Shown piece by piece: positions 26,618 to 35,387 of a DNA stretch of 64,000 bases (its first letter is position 1; each line of letters starts with the position of its first letter). The stretch is from an uncultured Tepidisphaeraceae bacterium (GTDB lineage Bacteria; Planctomycetota; Phycisphaerae; Tepidisphaerales; Tepidisphaeraceae). The stretch spans positions 18,842 through 82,841 of the forward strand of contig CAZXLA010000001.1 of NCBI GenBank assembly GCA_964641895.1, in the 5' to 3' direction. The position numbers were made by a program, and so were the translations under genes. Below the pieces are notes generated by a model that was not told where the DNA came from, searched no databases, and saw only the letters and a program-made list of their open reading frames with translations.

Positions 26618-27793
26618 ATGTTGCGACTGTGCGTTTTAGTGTCGGCGGCGGCCTTTACCTCATCGGTATGGGCGGAAAATCCTTCCACCCAACCCGCGAC
26701 TCAGCCCGCCGCCGAGCCGATTCCGACGCAGCGCGAGGCGGGAATATTGTCTGACATCCGGCAGTTAACTTTTGGCGATCAGTTCGATCGTGCGGGCGAG
26801 GCGTACTTTTCGCCGGATATGACGCAGATCATTTTTCAGGGCGTGCCGAAGGGGGAGAAGCAGTATCAGATGTACATAATGCGGATCGCCGACAGGAGCT
26901 TTCAGCAGACGAACCTGCTTCGACCGGAGCAGATCAGCGCCGAGCCCTCGCGCAACACCTGCGGCTGGTTCGCGCCGGTCGGGAAGACAATTCTGTTTGC
27001 GTCCACCGCCGGGAAGGAGGTCGCCGATGAGCCGACTGCGGGGTATCAGCGAGAAGGCCGCGATTATCGATGGTCTTACCCCTCCGGCATGGAGCTTTGG
27101 AAGCTGACGTACGATCTTCACGATAGTTCGCCGGTGACAACCGCACCGGTGTTGGACCCGAATTCGAATCAGGTTGCGTCGACACCCGCCGCGTTTAATC
27201 CAGAGTTGGTCACACGGCGCACAGCCCTCACCGACAACACCGCCTACGACGCCGAAGGCAGTTTTTCGCCCGACGGCAAGCACATCATCTTCACCAGCAA
27301 CCGCACCGGCGACCTTGAGCTTTATGCCATGAAAGCCGACGGCACCGGTGTTGTGCAATTGACCAAAACCCCCGGCTACGACGGCGGGCCATTCTTTTCG
27401 CCGGATGGCAAACGCATCTGCTACCGCTCTGATCGCAAGAGCAACAACCTGCTGCAGGTGTTCACCAGCGATGTGGTTTATAACGAACAGGGAAACATCA
27501 CCGGTCTTACAAACGAGAAGCAACTAACCGACGACCCGAACGTAAACTGGGGCCCGTTCTGGCACCCCAACGGCGGGTGGATCGCCTGGTCAACCAGCAA
27601 GCACGGCCATGCCAATTATGAAGTTTATCTGATGCGCGACGACGGAACGGAGAAAACCCGTGTCACCTACGCCGCCGGCGCGGATGTGCTGCCGGCGTTT
27701 TCGCCGGACGGCAAATACATGATCTGGTCGAGCAAGCGAACGAGCGACAACACCACGCAGGTGTTTGTCGGCAAATTCAAGTTGCCGGAGTGA
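26618..27793 (+). CDS. secreted TolB-like PD40/WD40-like beta-propeller protein
   Basis: Signal peptide MLRLCVLVSAAAFTSSVWA. Repeated FSPDGK.I.F.S.R.G blades (PD40 repeats). Confidence 0.8.
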   Translation: MLRLCVLVSAAAFTSSVWAENPSTQPATQPAAEPIPTQREAGILSDIRQLTFGDQFDRAGEAYFSPDMTQIIFQGVPKGEKQYQMYIMRIADRSFQQTNLLRPEQISAEPSRNTCGWFAPVGKTILFASTAGKEVADEPTAGYQREGRDYRWSYPSGMELWKLTYDLHDSSPVTTAPVLDPNSNQVASTPAAFNPELVTRRTALTDNTAYDAEGSFSPDGKHIIFTSNRTGDLELYAMKADGTGVVQLTKTPGYDGGPFFSPDGKRICYRSDRKSNNLLQVFTSDVVYNEQGNITGLTNEKQLTDDPNVNWGPFWHPNGGWIAWSTSKHGHANYEVYLMRDDGTEKTRVTYAAGADVLPAFSPDGKYMIWSSKRTSDNTTQVFVGKFKLPE

Positions 27794-27865
27794 TCAATGC
27801 TCGTACGATGCGGAGGCGGCCTATCCTGCTTCACGCGCGAACGCGCCGTGTTATGATCCGTCACG

Positions 27866-28840
27866 ATGATTCTCGCCGGCATTGATGAAGCAGGATACGG
27901 CCCGCTGCTGGGCCCGCTGGTGGTTGGATGCTGCGCGATGTCGGTGGGAGACGATGCACCGGTCGACGGCGATTCGTGGCCTGATCTGTGGCGGTCGCTT
28001 CGCCGCATCGCCTCGCGTACGCGGAAAGCGCGCAAGCTGCACATCAACGACAGCAAGCTGGTTTATTCGCCGTCGGTGGGGTTGAAGGGGCTTGAGCATT
28101 CCATGTTGTGCCTGCTGTCGTGCCGGTTCGGGGCGATTGGCTGTCTCAACGATCTGCTCCGGCACGTCTCGCCGGAAACGCTTCATCACATCGCCGACCA
28201 CCCGTGGTACATTCCCGCGGCGGATGAGAAGTTTCCGATCGAGCTTGAGGCGCCTGCGGTCGGCATCATGACCAACGCGCTCAAAGTCGAACTGCAGCAG
28301 GCCCGCTGCCGAGTTGAGCACTTGGCGGCGAACGTGATGCTGGAAGGGCGGTACAACGCCATGGTCGGTCAGACCCGCAACAAGGGCAGCGTGCTGTTTT
28401 CCCTGTCGGCGGGGCACATCGATACGCTGCTTCGCCAATTCGCCAACAAGGGGCTAATTATCGTCTGCGATCGCCAAGGCGGCCGCGAGCACTACGGCCG
28501 GCTGCTGCAACTCATGTTCGAAGACTGGCAGTTGGAGATCCTTAAAGAGCAGGAAGACTGCAGCGATTATCGCCTGGTTCACCCCGACGGCCGCTCGGCC
28601 CGCATCCTGTTCGCCACCAAGTCCGAATCCACCTCCATGCCCACCGCCGTCGCCAGCATGCTTTGCAAATACCTGCGTGAAGCCATGATGCACCGCTTCA
28701 ACGCCTTCTGGCGCATGCACCTGCCCGATCTGGTTCCCACCGCAGGCTATTACACCGACGGGCTGCGGTTTATGAAGGACATCGACGCCAAGCGAACCGC
28801 AATGGGCATTGATGAAGCGCGGCTGGTGCGATCGCGATGA
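27866..28840 (+). CDS. divergent RNase HII-like protein with large internal insert
   Basis: GIDEAGYGPLLGPLVVG matches the RNase HII DEAGRGPL motif. NDSKLV, VCDRQGG and KSESTSMPTAVASMLCKYLRE match the remaining catalytic-motif positions. At 324 aa it is about 100 aa longer than canonical RNase HII. Confidence 0.6.
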   Translation: MILAGIDEAGYGPLLGPLVVGCCAMSVGDDAPVDGDSWPDLWRSLRRIASRTRKARKLHINDSKLVYSPSVGLKGLEHSMLCLLSCRFGAIGCLNDLLRHVSPETLHHIADHPWYIPAADEKFPIELEAPAVGIMTNALKVELQQARCRVEHLAANVMLEGRYNAMVGQTRNKGSVLFSLSAGHIDTLLRQFANKGLIIVCDRQGGREHYGRLLQLMFEDWQLEILKEQEDCSDYRLVHPDGRSARILFATKSESTSMPTAVASMLCKYLREAMMHRFNAFWRMHLPDLVPTAGYYTDGLRFMKDIDAKRTAMGIDEARLVRSR

Positions 28841-29235
28841 TTATGTTGTCCCCGCTCCGCCGATTGGCTACGTTATGCAATGACAGACTTTGCGAAAGGC
28901 GACGAATGGCAATCGAGAAATGGTCGGATCAGGTCACCATCGTTCACTTGGGCACCGATCCGCAATTCACCGACGATCTTAGCTCGCTGGATAGTTCGCT
29001 GCGCGGCGGGCTGACGCACGTGATTCTGGATTTCGCCGGCGTGCAGTTCCTCAACAGTTCCAACCTCAGCCGGCTGCTTCGCCTGCGCAAGGTGCTGCAC
29101 GATTCGGGTCATCGGCTGATTCTCTCGGGCATCAGCACTAAGGCGTGGAGTACGTTTCTTGTGACCGGGCTTGACAAGGTGTTCGAGTACGCCGAAGCCG
29201 TTCCAATGGGGCTGGCGATGGTCCAGTTGAAGTGA
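28837..29235 (+). CDS. STAS-domain protein (anti-sigma-factor antagonist family)
   Basis: VILDFAGVQFLNSSNLSRLLRLRKVL...LILSGIS..AWSTFLVTGLDKVF is the STAS/SpoIIAA pattern. The ATG at 28837 overlaps the upstream stop (ATGA); the alternative start is 28906 (MAIEKW). Confidence 0.75.
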   Translation: MIMLSPLRRLATLCNDRLCERRRMAIEKWSDQVTIVHLGTDPQFTDDLSSLDSSLRGGLTHVILDFAGVQFLNSSNLSRLLRLRKVLHDSGHRLILSGISTKAWSTFLVTGLDKVFEYAEAVPMGLAMVQLK

Positions 29236-29257
29236 CGCGCGCCGCTGTTTGAATGCG

Positions 29258-29443
29258 TTACGCGCGGAAGAACGGAATAAGGTAGCACAGTTCCGTCGCC
29301 ATCACCGCAACCGCCGCCTTGCTGCGCGTGTTGAACCAGTAAATGGCGGTTAACCCGATCAGCCCGAGCACGATCAGGCAGAACGGCTGATTGCTGTACC
29401 AGATGGGGAAGTGGTTTTGCAGGAAGTGGGTGATGGTCTTCAT
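29258..29443 (-). CDS. small hypothetical membrane protein (61 aa)
   Basis: MKTITHFLQNHFPIWYSNQPFCLIVLGLIGLTAIYWF... has two hydrophobic segments. AAAGGAG is upstream of the ATG at 29443. Confidence 0.45.
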   Translation of the reverse strand: MKTITHFLQNHFPIWYSNQPFCLIVLGLIGLTAIYWFNTRSKAAVAVMATELCYLIPFFRA

Positions 29444-29680
29444 AGTCGTTCTCGTTTCTGTTCTCCTTTGACTATGACCCCGATTCAATTCAGTGCCCGG
29501 GAAAGCCAACAATATGTCGCGGCCCACGCCGTCAGATAAATGTCGAGCGCGCCGGCGGTAACGCGTGCAACGCGCCGGGGCCGTGCTTGCCGGCGGTTAT
29601 CGGTCACTGCCTCGAATGTCAAATTTGTTTTTTGTTCTCCGCGATCTCGTCGCCTCGGCTGTGAATCATGCGTTTGCCGA

Positions 29681-30061
29681 TCAGGTCAGCAGTCGCTTTG
29701 CCGTTAAATAGCCGATCCATGTTGCGATAATTGCGATGGCGTTGCTGAGCACCACGTAGGTTGCCGCCGTCGCCGGTCGGCCATCGTGGAAGAGTTGGAT
29801 CGTTTCGCGCCCGAAGCTGCTGAACGTGGTGTATCCGCCGAGCACGCCGATGAGGATGCCCATGCGGACGTCTTCGCGCACGAGCCACGGTCCCTCGAAC
29901 GCCGTCGCCAGGAACCCGATCGCCAGGCATCCGCTCACATTGACGACCAGCGTGCCCATCGGAAACCCCGACCCCCAAGCCTGCTGCGCCAGCCCGCCCA
30001 GCCCGTAGCGCAAAAGCCCCCCGACGCCGGCGCCCAGGAAGATGTAAATCAGTTTCGACAT
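29681..30061 (-). CDS. crcB: fluoride ion channel
   Basis: 126-aa ORF with four TM segments. GAGVGGLLRY, GTLVVNVSGC and GVLGGYTTFSSF are CrcB/FluC signatures. Confidence 0.9.
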   Translation of the reverse strand: MSKLIYIFLGAGVGGLLRYGLGGLAQQAWGSGFPMGTLVVNVSGCLAIGFLATAFEGPWLVREDVRMGILIGVLGGYTTFSSFGRETIQLFHDGRPATAATYVVLSNAIAIIATWIGYLTAKRLLT

Positions 30062-30117
30062 GCGGTGGTGACGGATATCGCCGGTCGAATAACATCGCGA
30101 CCGTCTTCATGAATCGA

Positions 30118-31623
30118 CTACTGCTTCCGATCCAGCAACCGATACTGAATCCCCTCCGCCAGATGCTGCTCCTGAATTTCATCCGATGAATCCATATCCG
30201 CGATCGTGCGCGCCACGCGGCGCACTTTGTCGTAGGCGCGGGCGCTCAGGCCCAATTCATCCATCGCCTGCTTCATCAGCAGCAGGCATGATTCGCTTAA
30301 GTTGCAATGCTTTTGCAGCAATTTGCTCGACATTTGCGCGTTGAGCGTGTCGTCGCCGAAGCGGGCGCGTTGGCGCTTTCTGGCGTTATCCACCTGCTGG
30401 CGCATGGTGGCGCTGTCGGTGCCGGCGCGTTTGCCGGTGAGTTCCTTGTACGGAACGGCGGGAACTTCTACATGGATATCGATGCGATCGACCAGCGGGC
30501 CCGAGAGGCGCGAGAGGTATTTGTCGCGGTGGCGGGGGTCTTTGGGGTCGTGGCCGCTGGCGGTGGGGTTGGTGGCGGCGACGAGCATGAAGCGGGCCGG
30601 GAACTTGATCGACCCATGTACGCGGGCGATCGTCACTTCCCCGCCTTCGAGCGGTTGCCGGAGCATTTCCAGCGCGTAACGGCTGAACTCGGGGAGTTCA
30701 TCCAAGAAAAGTACGCCGTTGTGGGCCAGCGAGACTTCGCCGGGTTTCGGGATCGCCCCGCCGCCGATGAGCGCCGGGGCGCTGGCGCTGTGGTGGGGCG
30801 ATCGGCAGGGGCGCTGATCCATGAGCGCCACGCCGTCGGGAAGGAGACCGAGCGCCGAATAAATGCGCGTCGTCTCAAGCGATTCGTTGCGCGTCAGCGG
30901 CGGCATGATGCCGGGGATGCGGGAAGCCAACATCGTCTTACCCGTGCCGGGCGGGCCGATCATCAGCAGATTGTGCTGCGCGGCGGACGCAATGGTGATG
31001 GCGCGCTTCACTGCTTCCTGCCCGCGGACGTCGGAAAAATCGAGCAGTTCGCTGTGCGATGACGACGTGTACGATTGCCCGTCGAGTTCGTAAGGCACCA
31101 TCGGCAGTGTTTCGTTTAAGAACGACACCGCCTGCGACAACGACGAGACCGGGTAGACCTCAATGCCTTCCACCACCGCGGCTTCCATCGCGTTTTCGGC
31201 CGGCAGGATCACGCCGCGGAATTTCTTCTGCTTGGCGAGCAGTGCCATTGAAAGGCCGCCTTTGATTTTTCTCACCCGGCCGTCGAGCGCCAGTTCGCCG
31301 CCGATGAGGAAATCTTTGTGGTTGTTGTTCTGGATGAAGTTGGTGCCGCGCAGCAGGCCAATGGCGATGGGCAGATCGAGGCTCGGTCCTTCCTTCTTCA
31401 CGTCGGCCGGGGCGAGGTTGATGACGACGTCTTTGCCGGGGTGCGAATAGCCGCTGTTGACCATTGCGCGGTAAACGCGATCGATGCTTTCTTTGACCGC
31501 CGTCTGCGCCAAACCGACGATGGTCGCCTTCTCCACGCCGCCGCGACTTCCGACGTCGGCCTCCACCTCGCAGGGGAGCGCTTCGATGCCGATCAACATG
31601 TAACTATGAACCCGGGATAGCAC
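30118..31623 (-). CDS. comM: YifB/ComM-family Mg-chelatase-like AAA+ ATPase
   Basis: N-terminal Lon-like LGIEA...VEADV, Walker A GPPGTGKT, GVLFLDELPEF and the C-terminal ChlI tail. GTG at 31623 (VLSRVHSYMLIGIEA) gives about 500 aa. The longer ORF to 31833 runs through hairpin repeats. Confidence 0.9.
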   Translation of the reverse strand: MLSRVHSYMLIGIEALPCEVEADVGSRGGVEKATIVGLAQTAVKESIDRVYRAMVNSGYSHPGKDVVINLAPADVKKEGPSLDLPIAIGLLRGTNFIQNNNHKDFLIGGELALDGRVRKIKGGLSMALLAKQKKFRGVILPAENAMEAAVVEGIEVYPVSSLSQAVSFLNETLPMVPYELDGQSYTSSSHSELLDFSDVRGQEAVKRAITIASAAQHNLLMIGPPGTGKTMLASRIPGIMPPLTRNESLETTRIYSALGLLPDGVALMDQRPCRSPHHSASAPALIGGGAIPKPGEVSLAHNGVLFLDELPEFSRYALEMLRQPLEGGEVTIARVHGSIKFPARFMLVAATNPTASGHDPKDPRHRDKYLSRLSGPLVDRIDIHVEVPAVPYKELTGKRAGTDSATMRQQVDNARKRQRARFGDDTLNAQMSSKLLQKHCNLSESCLLLMKQAMDELGLSARAYDKVRRVARTIADMDSSDEIQEQHLAEGIQYRLLDRKQ

Positions 31624-31687
31624 GCGGGGGATTGTATTGAATCCCCGCTCCCGAACAAAGACAAAACCGGATTGGAGACAGGGGACT

Positions 31688-31704
31688 ACGGGTTGGAAGC
31701 CCGT
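31688..31704. repeat. hairpin ACGGGTTGGAAGCCCGT
   Basis: ACGGG/CCCGT stem. The same motif recurs at 32400-32416, with a variant CATGGGTTGAAAACCCATG at 32370-32388. Confidence 0.85.
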
Positions 31705-31718
31705 GCCGCTTGATACGG

Positions 31719-32327
31719 CTACTTCTTTGCAGCCGCGAAAACCCGCTTCAGGTCGAGTTTGAAGCCGGGGAGCCGGTGTGTGGAATATTTTTGCGACGGC
31801 TTCACCACCGACTGCTTCCACTGGCCGCGCCAACGTGAAAGGACGGTCATTTGCTGTTTGGCCGCGTCAACGATCCAGTATTCTTCCACGCCGACCTCAA
31901 GATACTCGTCGGGCTTTTCATCGTAATCGCGCTTGTGCGATCGCTCACTGACGACTTCAACGACGATTTCGGGAATCCAGATTGACCAGGGATGCGGAAC
32001 ATCGGGGGCGGTCGAGCAGTAAATGAGCAGATCGGGATGTCGTTCGGATTCGCTCGGACCGATGAGGAGCTTGGCATCGCTGCCGCCGGAGAGGTATTCG
32101 ATGACCGTCTCGTTGGCGACCTGGTAAACAACCAACTGGTTGCGAAGTTCCTGCACTTGTTTGCCGTGATCCAGTTTAGGGACGTCGCTCACTTCGATAA
32201 CCCCTTTCGCCAATTCGTAGATGGAACCTTCTTGCGCAATGGCCCGATCGAAGTCATCGAGGCTCATACGCCGGCCGTGGTCTTTCGGGCCAACTTTGAT
32301 TTGTTTTCTGCGGGCAACGTCGAGCAT
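31719..32327 (-). CDS. Uma2-family (DUF820) putative endonuclease
   Basis: Core HPDLLIY, PEIVVEVVSERS, DYDEKPDEYLEVGVEEYWIVD, the PD-(D/E)xK-like Uma2 pattern. ATG at 32327 is preferred. Confidence 0.8.
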   Translation of the reverse strand: MLDVARRKQIKVGPKDHGRRMSLDDFDRAIAQEGSIYELAKGVIEVSDVPKLDHGKQVQELRNQLVVYQVANETVIEYLSGGSDAKLLIGPSESERHPDLLIYCSTAPDVPHPWSIWIPEIVVEVVSERSHKRDYDEKPDEYLEVGVEEYWIVDAAKQQMTVLSRWRGQWKQSVVKPSQKYSTHRLPGFKLDLKRVFAAAKK

Positions 32328-32369
32328 GGACTTAGTATAACACAGCGTGAAAGGGCTGCTACGACAAAT

Positions 32370-32416
32370 CATGGGTTGAAAACCCATGTTACATTGAAGA
32401 CGGGTTGGAAACCCGT
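32370..32416. repeat. two hairpins of the GGGTTGRAARCCC family
   Basis: CATGGGTTGAAAACCCATG at 32370-32388 and ACGGGTTGGAAACCCGT at 32400-32416. Confidence 0.85.
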
Positions 32417-32422
32417 GCTCCG

Positions 32423-33643
32423 TTAGCTGAGGGGCAGTTTTCTTGCTGTTGCCAAAAACAGGTCGTAGTTCTGCTTCATTTCGCCAAGCGAATCGCCGCT
32501 GAATTTCTCGATCAAGGCACGGGCGATTTCGAACGCGATCACGTTTTCCATGATCACGCTGGCGGCGGCGATGGCGCTGATGTCGCTGCGCTCCCAGCCG
32601 GCTTCGCTGGGTTGCTTGGTGTTGAGGTCGATGCTGGCCAGCGGCTTGCCGAGCGTGCTGATGGGTTTCATGGCGCCGCGGACGATGATCGGTTGGCCGT
32701 TGGTCATACCGCCTTCTAGCCCGCCGGCGTTGTTGGTTTTGCGGACGAATCCGAGCGACGGCGAATCTTTCTGCGCCGCTTCGTAGGCGATCTCGTCATG
32801 CACCTGCGAGCCGGGGAGCTTGGCGCATTCGAAGCCCATGCCGATTTCCATACCCTTGAACGCCTGAATCGCCATGACGGCGGCGGCGATGCGGCTGTCG
32901 AGTCGGCCGTCCCAGGTCATGCAACTTCCCAACCCGATGGGGCAATTGAACACGCGCGCCTCGACAACTCCGCCGGCGGTGTCTTTGTTCTGCTTCATCT
33001 GGGTGATGAAGTCTCTGAAGCTTTGAGATGCTTGCTCGTCGGGGCAGTAGACGTCGGAGGCGTCGCGCGATTGCACCAATTGCGCGATCGATCCGGGGCT
33101 GAAGCCTCCGGCTTGTGGCGCATCGAACGCATCCACGCGGGCGGTGACCGTGCCGACCGCGCGGACGAAACCGAAGACTTCAATGCCGAACTGTTTGAGC
33201 AGACATCGCGCGAGTGCTCCGGCGGCGACGCGGGCGGCGGTTTCGCGCGCGCTGGCGCGCTCGAGCGTTTCGCGGCAGTCTGTCGTCAGCCATTTGATCG
33301 ACCCGGCTAAGTCGGCGTGGCCCGGGCGCGGACGATGCAGCGGCGGGGTGGCGGCGGGGTCGTCCAGGCGGTAGTCGCGATTTTGAATCAACATGGCGAT
33401 CGGCGAGGCGATCGTCTTGCCCATGCGCACGCCGGTGAGAAAGTCGGCGGTGTCGGTCTCGATTTTCTGCCGCCCGCCGCGCCCGTAGCCACCTTGGCGG
33501 CGCTTTAGTTCATTGTTGATGAAATCCAGATCCACAGGCACGCCCGCGGGCATGCCTTCGACCAGCGCGATCAAGGCTTTGCCGTGTGATTCGCCGGCGG
33601 TGCGATAACTCAAACTCGCCATACCCGCGATAGTATCAGACAA
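32423..33643 (-). CDS. aroC: chorismate synthase
   Basis: YRTAGESHGKAL, RRQGGYGRGGRQKIE, RPGHAD and SARETAARV are AroC signatures. The alternative start is 33622. Confidence 0.95.
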   Translation of the reverse strand: MSDTIAGMASLSYRTAGESHGKALIALVEGMPAGVPVDLDFINNELKRRQGGYGRGGRQKIETDTADFLTGVRMGKTIASPIAMLIQNRDYRLDDPAATPPLHRPRPGHADLAGSIKWLTTDCRETLERASARETAARVAAGALARCLLKQFGIEVFGFVRAVGTVTARVDAFDAPQAGGFSPGSIAQLVQSRDASDVYCPDEQASQSFRDFITQMKQNKDTAGGVVEARVFNCPIGLGSCMTWDGRLDSRIAAAVMAIQAFKGMEIGMGFECAKLPGSQVHDEIAYEAAQKDSPSLGFVRKTNNAGGLEGGMTNGQPIIVRGAMKPISTLGKPLASIDLNTKQPSEAGWERSDISAIAAASVIMENVIAFEIARALIEKFSGDSLGEMKQNYDLFLATARKLPLS

Positions 33644-33675
33644 ATCACCCCTTGTCCGCGAGCAAATTGCAAATC

Positions 33676-34077
33676 CTAAATCGAGCTTCGGAATACGTTG
33701 AACTCAATTGACGATTGAGTTCGACATCGCTCAAAGTCTGAATCGGTCGTCAGAAAAGTGTGGCACTTTGTTTCTAGTGCGGTTGCCAGGTGGATGGCAT
33801 CCGGAACTTTGAGTTTGAAATTAGCACGCACATATGCTGCGACGCGTGCAATGGCGGAATCTACGTCGACGAGATCGACATCCGACGAATCGAAGTATGC
33901 GTCGAACGCTTGCACAACTTCGATCATCTTAAGTTCGATTGGTTTGCAGACGCATTCAATGTAGGCAACTTGCGACGTCACGACTTTCTGCGACCCAATG
34001 AGTTTTTCCAACTCGGCCCGAACATCGGCCGGCGCGGCCACCAGGCGCATAATCACGCCGGAATCAAGGTAAATCAT
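33676..34077 (-). CDS. PIN-domain toxin (VapC-like)
   Basis: MIYLDSGVIMRL... has an N-terminal acidic D, a later D.IHLATA and a C-terminal TTDSDF, typical PIN residues. ATGA overlap with the upstream small gene. GC is visibly lower than the neighbours. Confidence 0.7.
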   Translation of the reverse strand: MIYLDSGVIMRLVAAPADVRAELEKLIGSQKVVTSQVAYIECVCKPIELKMIEVVQAFDAYFDSSDVDLVDVDSAIARVAAYVRANFKLKVPDAIHLATALETKCHTFLTTDSDFERCRTQSSIEFNVFRSSI

Positions 34078-34301
34078 GGCTCGTCCCATTCATTGCGAAG
34101 TTCGTCGAGCCACAAATCCATCTCCTTCTCCGATCGCGGGTTCTTCAACTTGCCAATTACATCGCGCCAGGAATGTCGCGCCTTATTCGGTTCTCCGACA
34201 AGCAACAGGACCTCGCCGGGGCCGCGCGCGCGAAGCTCCTGAGGGACGTCGATTGTTTCGCCATCGAAGTTGACAGGAATAGCAATTAGGCGGTTGCGCA
34301 T
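34074..34301 (-). CDS. putative antitoxin partner of the PIN toxin
   Basis: 75-aa ORF immediately upstream, overlapping the PIN gene by 4 nt. No family recognised beyond the position. Confidence 0.5.
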   Translation of the reverse strand: MRNRLIAIPVNFDGETIDVPQELRARGPGEVLLLVGEPNKARHSWRDVIGKLKNPRSEKEMDLWLDELRNEWDEP

Positions 34302-34335
34302 AACATCATCATACCATCAAACTCCGAGCCGCGCG

Positions 34336-35259
34336 CTACTTTTGCCAAGGCCGCGAGGTCAGCGTTTCATAGGCTTCGACGTATCGCGCGCGGGTTCCCT
34401 CCACCACATCAACCGGCAGCGGCGGGGCGGGGGGGGACTTATTCCAATCCAGCGTTTCGAGGTAAGTGCGGACGAACTGCTTATCGTAACTTTCCTGTTC
34501 GCGACCCGGTTGATACTTTTCGGCGGGCCAGAAGCGGCTGCTGTCGGGGGTCAGCATTTCGTCGATGATGATGATGCGCTGGCCGGGCATCATGCCGAAT
34601 TCAAACTTCGTATCGGCGATGATGATCCCGCGTTGCAGCGCGTATTCGGCGGCTCGGTTGTAGATGGTCAGCGTGCGGTCGCGCAGCTCGTTTGCCACGT
34701 TCGCGCCGACGCGCCGCACCACTTCATCAAAGCCCACATTGATGTCGTGCCCAGATTCTTCCTTGGTGGCGGGTGTGAAGATCGGCTCGGGGAGTTTGTC
34801 ACACAACTTCAACCCAGACGGCAGCTTGATGCCGCAGACCGTGCCGCTCTGTTGATACTCTTTCCACCCGCTACCGGCTAAGTATCCTCGCGCCACGCAC
34901 TCGATGGGGATGACGTCGGCCTTGATCGTGAACATCGCCCGGCCTTCAATCTGATCGGCAAAACCGCGCAAATGTGCGGGAAGCCGGTGCGCATCGGATT
35001 CGATCAGGTGGTTCTCAAACTGTGGCGAAAAATGGTCGAACCAGAACAGGCTGAGTTGGGTAAGGATTTTTCCTTTGTCGGGAATGCCGTTGGGCATCAC
35101 ACAGTCGAACGCGCTGATGCGATCGGTGGCGACGATCAGCAGGTGATCGCCCAGGTCATAAACATCGCGCACTTTCCCCCGGCGGACGAGAAAGGGCAGA
35201 TCGCTTTGAAGCAGTGCTTCGCTCGACATGCCCCCGACACTAAGCGACACCACCGCCAC
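34336..35259 (-). CDS. purC: phosphoribosylaminoimidazole-succinocarboxamide synthase
   Basis: RGKVRDVY, ATDRISAFD, GIIIADTKFEFG and DEMLTPDSSRFW are SAICAR synthetase signatures. The alternative start is 35229. Confidence 0.95.
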   Translation of the reverse strand: MAVVSLSVGGMSSEALLQSDLPFLVRRGKVRDVYDLGDHLLIVATDRISAFDCVMPNGIPDKGKILTQLSLFWFDHFSPQFENHLIESDAHRLPAHLRGFADQIEGRAMFTIKADVIPIECVARGYLAGSGWKEYQQSGTVCGIKLPSGLKLCDKLPEPIFTPATKEESGHDINVGFDEVVRRVGANVANELRDRTLTIYNRAAEYALQRGIIIADTKFEFGMMPGQRIIIIDEMLTPDSSRFWPAEKYQPGREQESYDKQFVRTYLETLDWNKSPPAPPLPVDVVEGTRARYVEAYETLTSRPWQK

Positions 35260-35387
35260 ATTGCAACGGGTGTTCGCGAAATTTGCCCGCAGCAGGTTGG
35301 TGCCGGATGCGCTGCCGTTGTTTGAACCGCGGGAGTGAATTAAGATGAGTGGATTATTAAAGCGACGCCAAGGCTCGACGCAATCTC

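Noticed and set aside
30062-30117. Possible fluoride riboswitch in the 56-nt gap upstream of crcB
   Set aside because: The minus strand reads ...GGTCGCGATGTTATTCGACCGGCGATATCCGTCACCACCGC-ATG. GCGATG and TTCG weakly recall the crcB motif (GGCGATGG..TTCGCC), but the conserved 3' CTGATGA-type segment and the pseudoknot partner are not visible. A cmscan with RF01734 would settle it.
31624-31833. N-terminal extensions offered by the ORF track (comM to 31833, beta-lactamase-like to 16401, permease from 52660, Uma2 to 32387, miaA from 13641, etc.)
   Set aside because: The extensions run through intergenic hairpin repeats and give peptides such as TGFQPV or SPLRGL. They add residues upstream of the conserved family N-termini, and internal starts give canonical lengths.
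33676-34301. VapBC-like pair as something novel
   Set aside because: It is an ordinary two-gene PIN toxin/antitoxin layout with a 4-nt overlap and lower GC, so it is annotated as a feature only.
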